A DNA stretch of 64,000 nucleotides, taken from NCBI GenBank assembly GCA_963826785.1, contig CAWGYD010000004.1, positions 64,001-128,000 of the forward strand. The letters run 5' to 3'. This document shows, piece by piece, positions 50,229 to 59,541 of this stretch (the stretch's first letter is position 1; each line of letters begins with the position of its first letter). This DNA is from an uncultured delta proteobacterium. GTDB lineage: Bacteria; Desulfobacterota; Desulfobacteria; Desulfobacterales; Desulfosalsimonadaceae. A program made the translations under genes and the position numbers. The notes under the pieces were generated by a model. That model searched no databases. It was not told the origin of the DNA and saw only the letters and a list, made by a program, of their open reading frames with translations.

Positions 50229-50960
50229 ATGAAACACAAGATGCGTTTTACCGGTATCATGATCCTGATGATCATACTGGTCTCCGGAATGGTCACTTTG
50301 GCATTTGCCGAAGGACAGGTACCCAAGGCGGTCGCCGAATCCGATTCGTACGATTTCGGCATGGTGGCCGAAGGAAAAACCGTGAAGGCCGATTTTGCCA
50401 TTAAGAATACCGGCAATGCCGACCTGGTCATCAAAGAAGTCAAAACCGGGTGAGGGTGCACCAAAGCGGCTTCTCCCGATAAGCCGATCCCTCCGGGCGA
50501 GGAGGGAATCATTTCAGTACTGGTGGAAACAAAAGGTTACGGCGGCAAAGATCTTCACAAAACCATCCGGGCAATTACCAATGACCCGGAAAACAACGAA
50601 ATAAAACTCAATATCAGCGGCAAGGTCAGCCAGCTGGCCACCATCGAGCCCAGCCGGGTGAACCTGACCGGGTATGTGGGCGAATCCATCACCCGGACCG
50701 TCAAGATCATCCCGGAAGGCAAGACCGCCTTTAACATCTTGAAAATCACTCCCCAGCTGGGGACGGACATTTCCGTGTCTGTAAACGAAAAGGATGAATC
50801 CGGCCAGAAGGTCTATGAATTGACCGTGGCGAACACCAAGCAGACTGAAGGCCGGTATTACGACAAGATCATCATCCTGACCGATCAGAGTGATTATCCC
50901 CCGCTGACCATCGTGGTCACCGGCTACATCCGGCCCAAACCGGAAGAAAACAAGGGCTGA
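50229..50960 (+). CDS. Probable selenoprotein: secreted DUF1573 protein with a U-G-C motif
   Basis: Signal peptide; YDFG...FAIKNTGNADLVIKEVKTG-UGA(50451..50453)-GCTK...IPPGEEG...ETKGYGG...TNDP in one frame; the UGA aligns with a Cys of the paralog at 39936..40670; 243 aa. Confidence 0.88.
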
Positions 50961-51580
50961 TGGGCCGATACCGGGTACTGGCCTTCGACTGCGACGGGGT
51001 GATGTTCGATACGCAAAAGGCCAATTCCGCGTACTATAACGACATCCTGGCAAATTTCGGCCGGCCTCCCATGACGCCGGACCAGTATGCGTATGCCCAG
51101 ATGCAGACGGTGGACCGGGCGATTGCCCACCTCTTTGAAGATGAGGATGCCATTGCCGCGGCCCATGCTTTCCGCAGAACAAACGGGTACGACCCGTACA
51201 TCCCCATGATGGAAATGGAGCCGGACCTTGTCCGGCTCCTTGATTTCTACCGGGGCAGGATTTATCTTACCGTGGCCACCAACCGCTCCGACACCATGGG
51301 CAAGGTTTTAAAAATCCACGGCATCGAAGACTATTTCGACCTGGTGGTCACCGCCTTGGATGTGCCCCGCCCCAAGCCGCATCCGGATCCGCTGCAAAAG
51401 ATCCTTGATCATTTTGACGTGCCGCCGGATCAGATGCTGTACGTGGGGGATTCGAAGCTGGATGCGCTTGCGGCCCGGGCGGCCGGCGTTCCCCTGGCGG
51501 CTTACGACGATCCGGACCTGGACGGCGATTACCATATCCAGCGTTTGAGTCAGCTCTACGATATCTTAAATTCCTCATAA
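50960..51580 (+). CDS. HAD-family phosphatase (phosphoglycolate phosphatase-like)
   Basis: FDCDGV, ATNR, KPHPD, YVGDS; TGATG overlap with the upstream gene. Confidence 0.9.
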   Translation: MGRYRVLAFDCDGVMFDTQKANSAYYNDILANFGRPPMTPDQYAYAQMQTVDRAIAHLFEDEDAIAAAHAFRRTNGYDPYIPMMEMEPDLVRLLDFYRGRIYLTVATNRSDTMGKVLKIHGIEDYFDLVVTALDVPRPKPHPDPLQKILDHFDVPPDQMLYVGDSKLDALAARAAGVPLAAYDDPDLDGDYHIQRLSQLYDILNSS

Positions 51581-51584
51581 GCCC

Positions 51585-54260
51585 ATGACAGAAAAAAGAC
51601 CCACCCTCTATCTCATCGACGGCACCGCCTATATCCACCGGGCCTATCATGCCATCCGCAGCCTGGCCACCTCCAAAGGGTTTCCTTCCAATGCGGTGTT
51701 CGGGTTCACCCGGATGCTGATCAAGCTGATGAACGAAAAAAAGCCCGGGTATGCGGCCATGTTTTTTGATTCCAAGGGGGCCACCTTCCGGCATGATCTC
51801 TATGCCGACTACAAGGCTAACCGGCCGTCCATGGCCGATGACATGGCCGTGCAGATTCCCTACATCAAAGAAGTCACCCGGGGGTTTGGTCTTCCCATAT
51901 ATGAACAGCAAGGTTTTGAAGCCGACGACCTGATCGGCACCCTGGCCAAAAAGGCGGAGCAGCAGGGGTTTTTCGTGGTCATGGTCACCGGCGACAAGGA
52001 TTTCGTCCAGCTGGTGACGGACAACATCATTATCTGGGATCCCATGAAAGACCTGCTCATCGACCCCGGGTCCGTGCGGGAAACCTACTGTATCGAACCG
52101 CAGCAGATGGCCGACGTGCTCGGGCTGGCCGGAGACGCCTCGGACAACATTCCCGGCGTGCCGGGCATCGGCCAGAAGACCGCCCTCTGCCTGCTCCAGA
52201 CGTACCGGGACATGGATGACCTGTACGCCCGCATCGATGAGATCAAGTCGGCCAAGCAGAAGGAAAAACTCCTGGCCCATGAGCCCCAGGCCCGTCTGAG
52301 CCGGCAGCTGGCCACCATCCACACCGACTGCCCCGTTGACCTGGACATAGACGCCTTTACCTACCGGGGTCCGGACAACACCAGGCTGGCGCATCTGTTC
52401 AAGGAGCTTGAATTTCGGCAGCTGCAGAAGGATTACCCCATTTCTTCCGATCTGTCCAAAAAGAATTACCACACCGTACGGGATGAACAGGGATTGTCCG
52501 CGCTGGTAAAAGAGATCGAAAAGGCGGGCATCTGTGCGCTGGATACCGAAACCACGGCTCTGGACACCATGACTGCAAATCTGGTGGGGCTTTCATTCGC
52601 CGTGCGGCCGGATGAAGCCTGGTATATCCCCTGCGGACATGACCCGGCAGAGGATCAGCTCGATCTGGAGGTGGTGCTGACGGCGCTGCGGCCGGTGCTG
52701 GAAAACGCCGATATTGTAAAGGTCGGCCAGAATCTCAAGTATGACTGGACGGTGCTCAGGCGCCATGGGGTCGAGCTGTGCGGGAAGATTTTCGACACCA
52801 TGCTGGCATCCTACCTGCTGAGCCCGGAAAAGCGGGCCCACAGCCTGGACCAGATCGCCATCGATTACCTGGACCACAAGATGGTCTCCTATGAGGAGGT
52901 GATCAAGGCGGCCGGCAAGGTGGATAATTTTTCACAGGTGGGTGTGGAAGCGGCCACCGATTATTCATGCGAGGATGCGGACTGCACGCTGCTGGCCTAT
53001 GAAAAATTCAAGCCGATGCTCGAATCCGCAGGGCTTGCCCCTCTCTTTGATACCGTGGAAATCCCCCTGATTCCGGTGCTGATGAAAATGGAGATGACCG
53101 GCATCCGGGTGGACAAAGACCGGTTAAATGAATTGTCCAAGGATTTCTCCTTCCAGCTGGAGCAGACCTGCAAGCAGATCTATGCGATTGCCTGCTGTGA
53201 ATTCAACATCAACTCCTCCCAGCAGCTGGGCCAGATCCTGTTTGAGCAGCTGAAACTGCCGGTGGTGAAAAAAACCAAGAAAAAAACCGGGTATTCCACC
53301 GATGTGGAGGTGCTCACCGAGCTTTCGGTCCGGCATGAACTGCCGGCCCTGGTGCTGCGGCACCGGACCCTGAGCAAACTGAAATCCACCTATGTGGACG
53401 CCCTGTTCGGCCTGATCAACCCCGAAACCGGAAGAATCCACACTTCCTTCAACCAGACCGTGACCGCCACCGGTCGCCTGTCCAGCTCCCAGCCCAATCT
53501 CCAGAACATCCCCATCCGCACGGAAGAGGGCCGGGATATCCGGCGTGCGTTTATCCCCCGGCCCGGGTGGCAGTTCATATCCGCCGATTACTCCCAGGTG
53601 GAGCTACGGCTGCTGGCCCACTACTCGGATGATGAAATCCTCATCGATGCATTTTTAAAAGATGAAGACGTCCATACCCGCACCGCCGCGGAGGTGTTCG
53701 AAGCCCTCCCGTCCATGATCACGCCGGACCTGCGGCGCCAGGCCAAGGTGATCAATTTCGGGATCATCTACGGTATGGGTGCTTACAGCCTGGCCAAGGC
53801 GCTCAACATCTCCCAGAAAATGGCCAAGACCTACATCGATCATTATTTCAGGCGGTACAAAGGCGTAAAAGCTTTCATCGACGAGAGCATCGCCATAGCA
53901 CAGCAGACCGGAAAGGTGGAGACGGAACTGGGCCGCATCCGGTTCATCCCGGATATCAACAGCAATAACGTCAACCTGCGGAAATTTGCCGAACGCACGG
54001 CGGTGAACACACGGATTCAGGGGACGGCCGCGGACCTGATCAAACTGGCCATGATCCGGATGGACAAAGCCCTTTCGGAGCGAAATCTCAAATCCGCCAT
54101 GCTGCTTTCCGTCCATGACGAACTGGTGTTTGAAGTCCCGCCCGAGGAAATGGAGAGGGTAAAGGCACTGGTGAAAGAAATCATGGAAAATATCTGGGAA
54201 TTCAAAGTGCCCCTGAAGGTGAATGTGGCCGCAGGAGATGACTGGGCAGAGGCGCATTAA
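51585..54260 (+). CDS. polA: DNA polymerase I
   Basis: 5'-3' exonuclease (EADD, GDASDNIPGV), 3'-5' exonuclease (DTET), polymerase (TGRLSS, DYSQVELR, KVINFGIIYG, VHDE). Confidence 0.99.
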   Translation: MTEKRPTLYLIDGTAYIHRAYHAIRSLATSKGFPSNAVFGFTRMLIKLMNEKKPGYAAMFFDSKGATFRHDLYADYKANRPSMADDMAVQIPYIKEVTRGFGLPIYEQQGFEADDLIGTLAKKAEQQGFFVVMVTGDKDFVQLVTDNIIIWDPMKDLLIDPGSVRETYCIEPQQMADVLGLAGDASDNIPGVPGIGQKTALCLLQTYRDMDDLYARIDEIKSAKQKEKLLAHEPQARLSRQLATIHTDCPVDLDIDAFTYRGPDNTRLAHLFKELEFRQLQKDYPISSDLSKKNYHTVRDEQGLSALVKEIEKAGICALDTETTALDTMTANLVGLSFAVRPDEAWYIPCGHDPAEDQLDLEVVLTALRPVLENADIVKVGQNLKYDWTVLRRHGVELCGKIFDTMLASYLLSPEKRAHSLDQIAIDYLDHKMVSYEEVIKAAGKVDNFSQVGVEAATDYSCEDADCTLLAYEKFKPMLESAGLAPLFDTVEIPLIPVLMKMEMTGIRVDKDRLNELSKDFSFQLEQTCKQIYAIACCEFNINSSQQLGQILFEQLKLPVVKKTKKKTGYSTDVEVLTELSVRHELPALVLRHRTLSKLKSTYVDALFGLINPETGRIHTSFNQTVTATGRLSSSQPNLQNIPIRTEEGRDIRRAFIPRPGWQFISADYSQVELRLLAHYSDDEILIDAFLKDEDVHTRTAAEVFEALPSMITPDLRRQAKVINFGIIYGMGAYSLAKALNISQKMAKTYIDHYFRRYKGVKAFIDESIAIAQQTGKVETELGRIRFIPDINSNNVNLRKFAERTAVNTRIQGTAADLIKLAMIRMDKALSERNLKSAMLLSVHDELVFEVPPEEMERVKALVKEIMENIWEFKVPLKVNVAAGDDWAEAH

Positions 54261-54273
54261 CCATTAAGCGTTC

Positions 54274-54441
54274 TTAATCTTCTTCCTTTTTACCTTCGGC
54301 CTTCACCGCATCTTCCACCGTCTTGTAGATATTTTTGAAATGATCATGGAAACTCGTTGGCGAAATGTTGCCCACCTCGATGAATTTTACCACGATTTCC
54401 TTGGCGGCTTTTAATATCATCTCATCGGTTTTTGATCCCAT
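54274..54441 (-). CDS. Small hypothetical protein (55 aa; below the ORF-track cutoff)
   Basis: MGSKTDEMILKAAKEIVVKFIEVGNISPTSFHDHFKNIYKTVEDAVKAEGKKEED; amphipathic helical pattern; converges on the polA stop. Confidence 0.7.
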   Translation of the reverse strand: MGSKTDEMILKAAKEIVVKFIEVGNISPTSFHDHFKNIYKTVEDAVKAEGKKEED

Positions 54442-54724
54442 ATTGTACCCCGCGCGCTAAAAACAGACATTTTTTTCAATGCCGTGCTGCCAAGTTCAAA
54501 TTGTGGGCAAACAAGCGGCTTGATGCGATGCGGACGCGCCGGTTTCAGGCCTTCGGTCGCAAATCCACTGCAATCTTTTCCCGGTATATAGCAGATGGGA
54601 ATATGGCGTGCAATCCATTACTTGACACTCCCGCTGCACGCTTATTATATTCTTCAATACGGATTGAATCGGAATAAATATTGTTCACCGTCTGGATTTT
54701 GTCGGGCGGAAAAACCGGGAGCAA

Positions 54725-55618
54725 ATGATGCTGAAAAATGACATGTTCGGAGTCGGAAGAAATGCGCCGTGTCCCTGCGGCAGCGGGAAAAAATTTAAAA
54801 AATGTTGTATGAGCGCCGATTCTCCGCAGCCGGTGGACATGAAGAAGCTTTATGCCCGGAAGTACGACATCCGGCTCAAAAGCGGAAATGAAATAGAGGG
54901 GATCCGCAAAAGCGGCGGCCTGGTGATCGAAACACTGGACCTGCTGGAGTCCCATATTCGACCGGGCGTCACCACGGATGAACTGGACCGGATTGCCCAT
55001 GAATTTGCCCTGGACCATCAGGCGATTCCGGCGCCCTTAAACTACAGGGGGTTTCCCAAGAGCATCTGCACGTCGGTCAACGACGTGATCTGCCACGGGA
55101 TCCCCGGAAAGCAAGCCCTGGTCGACGGCGATATCATCAACGTGGATGTCACCCTGATTTACCAGGGGTATTTTGCAGATGCCAGCAAGACATATTTCGT
55201 GGGAAGGCCCGGCCCGGATGCCCAAAAAATCGTGCGGGTAACCGCCGAGTGCCTGAAGGCGGCCATGGAGGTGCTCAAACCGGGTAATACCATCGGCGAT
55301 ATCGGATGGGCCATCCAGTCCTGCGCGGAGCCGCAGCAATGCTCCGTAGTCCGGGAATTCGTGGGCCACGGCATCGGCTCCGAGTTCCACGAACCGCCCC
55401 AGATTCCCCACTATGGCCGGAAAGGCTCCGGCATCCTCCTGGTGCCGGGAATGGTGTTTACGGTGGAGCCCATGATCAATCTGGGAAAACCGGATCTGTT
55501 CGTGGCCGCCGACAATTGGACCGCCATCACCCGGGATCGCAAGCTCTCGGCCCAGTTCGAGCAGACTTTCTTGATCACCACGGAGGGTTACGAGAGCCTG
55601 ACGCCCTATGACTTATAG
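54725..55618 (+). CDS. map: Methionine aminopeptidase type I with N-terminal SEC-C motif
   Basis: GRNAPCPCGSGKKFKKCC; FPKSICTSVN-DVICHGIP, DVT, GHGIG, FHE, TVEPM, SAQFEQT. Confidence 0.95.
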   Translation: MMLKNDMFGVGRNAPCPCGSGKKFKKCCMSADSPQPVDMKKLYARKYDIRLKSGNEIEGIRKSGGLVIETLDLLESHIRPGVTTDELDRIAHEFALDHQAIPAPLNYRGFPKSICTSVNDVICHGIPGKQALVDGDIINVDVTLIYQGYFADASKTYFVGRPGPDAQKIVRVTAECLKAAMEVLKPGNTIGDIGWAIQSCAEPQQCSVVREFVGHGIGSEFHEPPQIPHYGRKGSGILLVPGMVFTVEPMINLGKPDLFVAADNWTAITRDRKLSAQFEQTFLITTEGYESLTPYDL

Positions 55619-57210
55619 ATCATGAAGTAACGGTCGGCCACGCACCGTGCGGCGGCCGCGGCGGTAAAATCGATGAGTTCCGGAAGGGAGATCCGCTGAT
55701 TGAACCCGCCCAGGTGCGGACCGGTCAGGATGGCGATGTCCCGTGCCCCTTGTTGCATGCGCTTGATTTCTTCGGCACCCAATCCCCGGCTATTCAGAAA
55801 AGAGGCAAATTCCGTTTTGGTCATGGACTTCTGATCGGCGACCCGCAGTACTTCTTCCATGTGGTGATCGACCCCCATTTCCGCAATCATGCGCAAAACC
55901 AGCTTTCTGGATGCCGCCGGCAGATCTCCGGAAAAGGCTTTCCCGGTAAATCCTTCGTAATATTGAATAAATACCGATTCAACGGTCCGTTCGGCCAAAT
56001 CCGGGTCAAACAGGTCCCGGGCGTCGACCGGGTTTCCATTCCCGTCGACACCCCGCCGATCCGGTTCCAGATTCCTGAAATAACTTCCGATCACCAGGAG
56101 CAGACTGAACAGGTGGGTGCCGATATGCCCGTAGAGCTTTCGCGGCGAATCGGCAAATGAAACAAGGTGTTCAAAGTCCCGGATACCGGTCCTGCCGATA
56201 TTCGGATACCGGCAGGAATCGAGCCATTGGTCCAGGCGGCCGCCCCGGTGCCATTCGTACACCCCCTGGTCGGTCCGCCGCTGGCGCTGCACCCGGTTGT
56301 GGAACAGGGGAATGGGGGCGGTATGGACGATGCCCGAGGCGCACAGCCGGCCCAGTGTCCCGGCGCTGCGGCCCATGATATCCAGAAAGCGGTCCGGGGG
56401 CAGGGGATTTGGATGATGCTCGTTGGGATACGAAAAATATTTTGCCGGTGCGAGAAAAGCAATGCCGTAATAAGGAGGGCCGGACAGGCATTCCGGGGGG
56501 ATGGCGGGAATCTGCCTGAGTTTAAAAACATATCCCTTGTCGACCCGGATGGGGACGGGCACTCCGAAGCCGTCCGGATCATCCCACTGCCGGATGGGGT
56601 CCGACAGATAGGCCTGCCACGTGCTTTCCCGCTCCAGAAGGGGGCAGTCCTGAATCGACCCGGTCAGTTTGACCACCAGCAAGGGGGCATCATTCGGCGG
56701 TTGAATTACCAGGTTGCGGCCCTTCCATGAGGGAAGCCGGGCTGTTTCGGGAATGCCGGCGGCCTGCAGCAGGCCCTGCCAGGAGATTTCGGCGATGGAT
56801 GATGGGTCCGGCAAATCCGGCAGGCATGGCCCCCGGATGATCAGGGGAAGACTTCCCAATGCTTCGGCAGCGGCCTTGAAGGGCTTGCCGGAATGGGCGC
56901 TCACAATTTGATTCAGCGCCTGCAGGGCTTTTTGGGCCAGCACGGGGTCGTTCGTCCGGGAAATGACGGAACCAAGCGCGTCCGCCGCTTTTTTATACAG
57001 GAAATAGGCCTGGCGCTGGCGTCCATGCACGGTGCCGGCCAGAACGGAGAAAAGTGCGGCCACTGTGGTTTCCGTGACGCATTCGATTTCCCGGCCGATC
57101 AGAAACTGAAGGCTCGCCACGGTCATGTAGGTGGCGGCAAAATCACCCTGGCCGTGGATCAGGTAGTCTTCCGCATCCCGGCGCTCTTTTTCGGAAGTCT
57201 GGATGTACAT
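55606..57210 (-). CDS. SidJ-related pseudokinase-fold protein
   Basis: GRNLV...LLVVK...GIVHTAPIPLFHNR...DQGVY...GRLDQW...YPN...GIRDFEH...PHLGGFN resembles, from memory, the Legionella SidJ core. Confidence 0.7.
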   Translation of the reverse strand: MYIQTSEKERRDAEDYLIHGQGDFAATYMTVASLQFLIGREIECVTETTVAALFSVLAGTVHGRQRQAYFLYKKAADALGSVISRTNDPVLAQKALQALNQIVSAHSGKPFKAAAEALGSLPLIIRGPCLPDLPDPSSIAEISWQGLLQAAGIPETARLPSWKGRNLVIQPPNDAPLLVVKLTGSIQDCPLLERESTWQAYLSDPIRQWDDPDGFGVPVPIRVDKGYVFKLRQIPAIPPECLSGPPYYGIAFLAPAKYFSYPNEHHPNPLPPDRFLDIMGRSAGTLGRLCASGIVHTAPIPLFHNRVQRQRRTDQGVYEWHRGGRLDQWLDSCRYPNIGRTGIRDFEHLVSFADSPRKLYGHIGTHLFSLLLVIGSYFRNLEPDRRGVDGNGNPVDARDLFDPDLAERTVESVFIQYYEGFTGKAFSGDLPAASRKLVLRMIAEMGVDHHMEEVLRVADQKSMTKTEFASFLNSRGLGAEEIKRMQQGARDIAILTGPHLGGFNQRISLPELIDFTAAAAARCVADRYFMIYKS

Positions 57211-57292
57211 GGGACGGATTTCATATCACATCTGGTGCCTGAACGGAAAGCACATCTTTTGGCCCGGATGAAGCATGGAAGCACTATTGGCA

Positions 57293-59296
57293 TTATCGGA
57301 TATTCAGCGCCGCCAGAAATCCCCCGTGAATGGCATCGTTGATTTTACCCGGCGCAATGCAGTCTCCCACGCAGGTGTGGGCAAGGCAAAGGCCCTGAAC
57401 CGCCCTGGACAGCGTCTGAACCGGGCGGGAGCCGGCCGCCAGGATGATGGAATCAAACTGTTTCGAATTTTTTTCCCCTTTGACGTCAAAATGCACGGTT
57501 TTGTCTTCAATGCGGCTTACCGTGGCCTCCGTCAAAATGGTGACCCCGTAGCGGGCCAGTTTGTCCATCAGCACCCAGCGGGTGGATCGGCCCACATCCT
57601 TGCCCGCCCGGGGGAGCATCTCAAATACCGTCACCTTCGAAGTCCCTTCAAACATCAGCGCTTTGAGCCTCTCGGGCGGTTCGGCATCGTATTCAAACAG
57701 AAACTGCAGGATATCGGGGGTGAGCGTCCCTTTGGCGGCGGCAAACAAGGCGGTCTCCAGCCCCACGGCCCCGCCGCCGATGACGGCCACTTCTTTTCCA
57801 AGGACCGGGTTGTCCTTCATCACCTGCCAGGAGGACATCACCGCGGCACTGTCCGCCCCCTGGATGGGCGGCATCAGGGGTTTTGCCCCTTCGGCGATGA
57901 TCAGGTAATCCGGGTTGGCGTTTTGAATAAAATCCGGGGTGACTTCGGTATTGAGAAAAACGGGGATGTCGTATTTGTTGACCATGGCCCGGTAGTAGCG
58001 GATGAATTCGAACAATTCCTGCTTGTGGGGCGGCGCGCCGGCAATCCAGATCTGTCCGCCGATGTCGCCGTCCTTTTCATAGACTTCCACCCGGTGTCCC
58101 ATCTGAGTTGCGGTGACGGCGGCCTCCAGGCCGGCGAGTCCCGCCCCGATGATCATGACCCGTTTGGGCGCATCGGTTTGAACGATCTTTCGCTCTTCCT
58201 CGAACCCGGCCTGGGGGTTTCCGGCACAAAACACCGGCATGCCGGCAAAGATCTGGTCCGTGCACCCCTGGGAGCAGGCGACACAGGGACGGATTTCATG
58301 GGCCTTGCCGGAAAATGCTTTTTGGGGCCAGTAGGGATCGGCGATGAGCACCCGGCCCAGGTTGACCATGTCCGCGCACCCGTCTCTGAGCATCTTTTCG
58401 GCTGAATCGGGATCTGCAATCCGGTTGGAGGCCATCACCGGCAGGGATACCGCTTTTTTGATATTCAACGCCAGGTAGGAAAAGGCCCCCCGGGGCAGTT
58501 CCATGGGAAGCTGGGGCACCTTGGTGACGTGCCACCCGCCGGTGACATTGAGTGCATCCACACCGGCCTGTTCATAGGCTTGTGCGATGAGCGGGGTCTG
58601 TTCGTCCGTGTTGCTCCCCGGCACGAAATCGTTTCCGGCCATGCGGATGGTGAGCGGTACATCGGGGCCCACTGTTTTTCGGGTCAGTTCCAGCACCTCC
58701 ACGGGAAATCGGAGCCGGTTTTCAAAGCTTCCGCCGTAGCGGTCCTGGCGCTGGTTGGTCAGCGGGGAGAGAAACTGGGTCAACAGATACCCCGCCGATC
58801 CGATAATCTCCACCCCGTCAAAGCCGGCTTCAACTGCCCTTACGGCCGCCCGGGCAAATGCGTCCTTGACCCGTTCGATATCCTCTATGGTCATTTCCCG
58901 GGGCGTGGTTTTGGAATAGGTGCAGTAAATCGCAGACGGTGCAATGGGGGTCTGGTTGTTGATCAGCATGGGATGGGAAAAGGCGCCGGCGTGAAACAGC
59001 TGAATCCAGGCCCGGGCCCCTTCGGCCCTGATCAGGCCGGCCAGTTTCCGGAAAGAGGGGATGGCTTCATCGTCGGCAATGGACAGCGCGGCCAGCCCGG
59101 CTCCCAGATCATCGATTCCCACAGGCCCCACGGTGACCATGCCCGCCCCGCCACGGGCCTTTTCCCTGAAATAATGATAATACCGGTCATTTAATTTGCT
59201 GTCATAGGAGTACAGCAGACCCAGGGCCGGATAGGCGATCCGGTTCTTGATTTCCATGCGGTTGATGGTGATCGGGGAAAAAAGGGTTTTATACAT
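57293..59296 (-). CDS. NADH:flavin oxidoreductase (OYE + Fe-S + FAD; 2,4-dienoyl-CoA reductase-like)
   Basis: QLFHAG, AGFDGVEI, GYLLTQFLSP...NQRQDRYGG, CVACSQGC, IIGAGLAG, VIGGGAVG. Confidence 0.9.
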   Translation of the reverse strand: MYKTLFSPITINRMEIKNRIAYPALGLLYSYDSKLNDRYYHYFREKARGGAGMVTVGPVGIDDLGAGLAALSIADDEAIPSFRKLAGLIRAEGARAWIQLFHAGAFSHPMLINNQTPIAPSAIYCTYSKTTPREMTIEDIERVKDAFARAAVRAVEAGFDGVEIIGSAGYLLTQFLSPLTNQRQDRYGGSFENRLRFPVEVLELTRKTVGPDVPLTIRMAGNDFVPGSNTDEQTPLIAQAYEQAGVDALNVTGGWHVTKVPQLPMELPRGAFSYLALNIKKAVSLPVMASNRIADPDSAEKMLRDGCADMVNLGRVLIADPYWPQKAFSGKAHEIRPCVACSQGCTDQIFAGMPVFCAGNPQAGFEEERKIVQTDAPKRVMIIGAGLAGLEAAVTATQMGHRVEVYEKDGDIGGQIWIAGAPPHKQELFEFIRYYRAMVNKYDIPVFLNTEVTPDFIQNANPDYLIIAEGAKPLMPPIQGADSAAVMSSWQVMKDNPVLGKEVAVIGGGAVGLETALFAAAKGTLTPDILQFLFEYDAEPPERLKALMFEGTSKVTVFEMLPRAGKDVGRSTRWVLMDKLARYGVTILTEATVSRIEDKTVHFDVKGEKNSKQFDSIILAAGSRPVQTLSRAVQGLCLAHTCVGDCIAPGKINDAIHGGFLAALNIR

Positions 59297-59541
59297 GTCC
59301 GCGCCCCCAAATAGTGAGTTAAATTTTTAAATTGAATTATATTCAAAAGTCGAGGCTCATTATAAATTGGCGGTTTCTGCTTGTCAAGGTTATCATAAAT
59401 TGAATAAAAAGAGTTGATGCGATATAGACGCATGGGAAATGGCATTTAAAATAGTGGCCGAACGAAAACCGGATACCGGTGGATACCCTGGTTTTTGCTC
59501 GGCCACTAATAGGTTGTTAACTCAATTTCGGGTCGTAAGAG

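Noticed and set aside
1245..58405. Long antisense or alternate-frame ORFs (e.g. 1245..2387, 34956..36410, 51348..52472, 57275..58405)
   Set aside because: Shadows of well-supported GC-rich genes, with no motifs of their own
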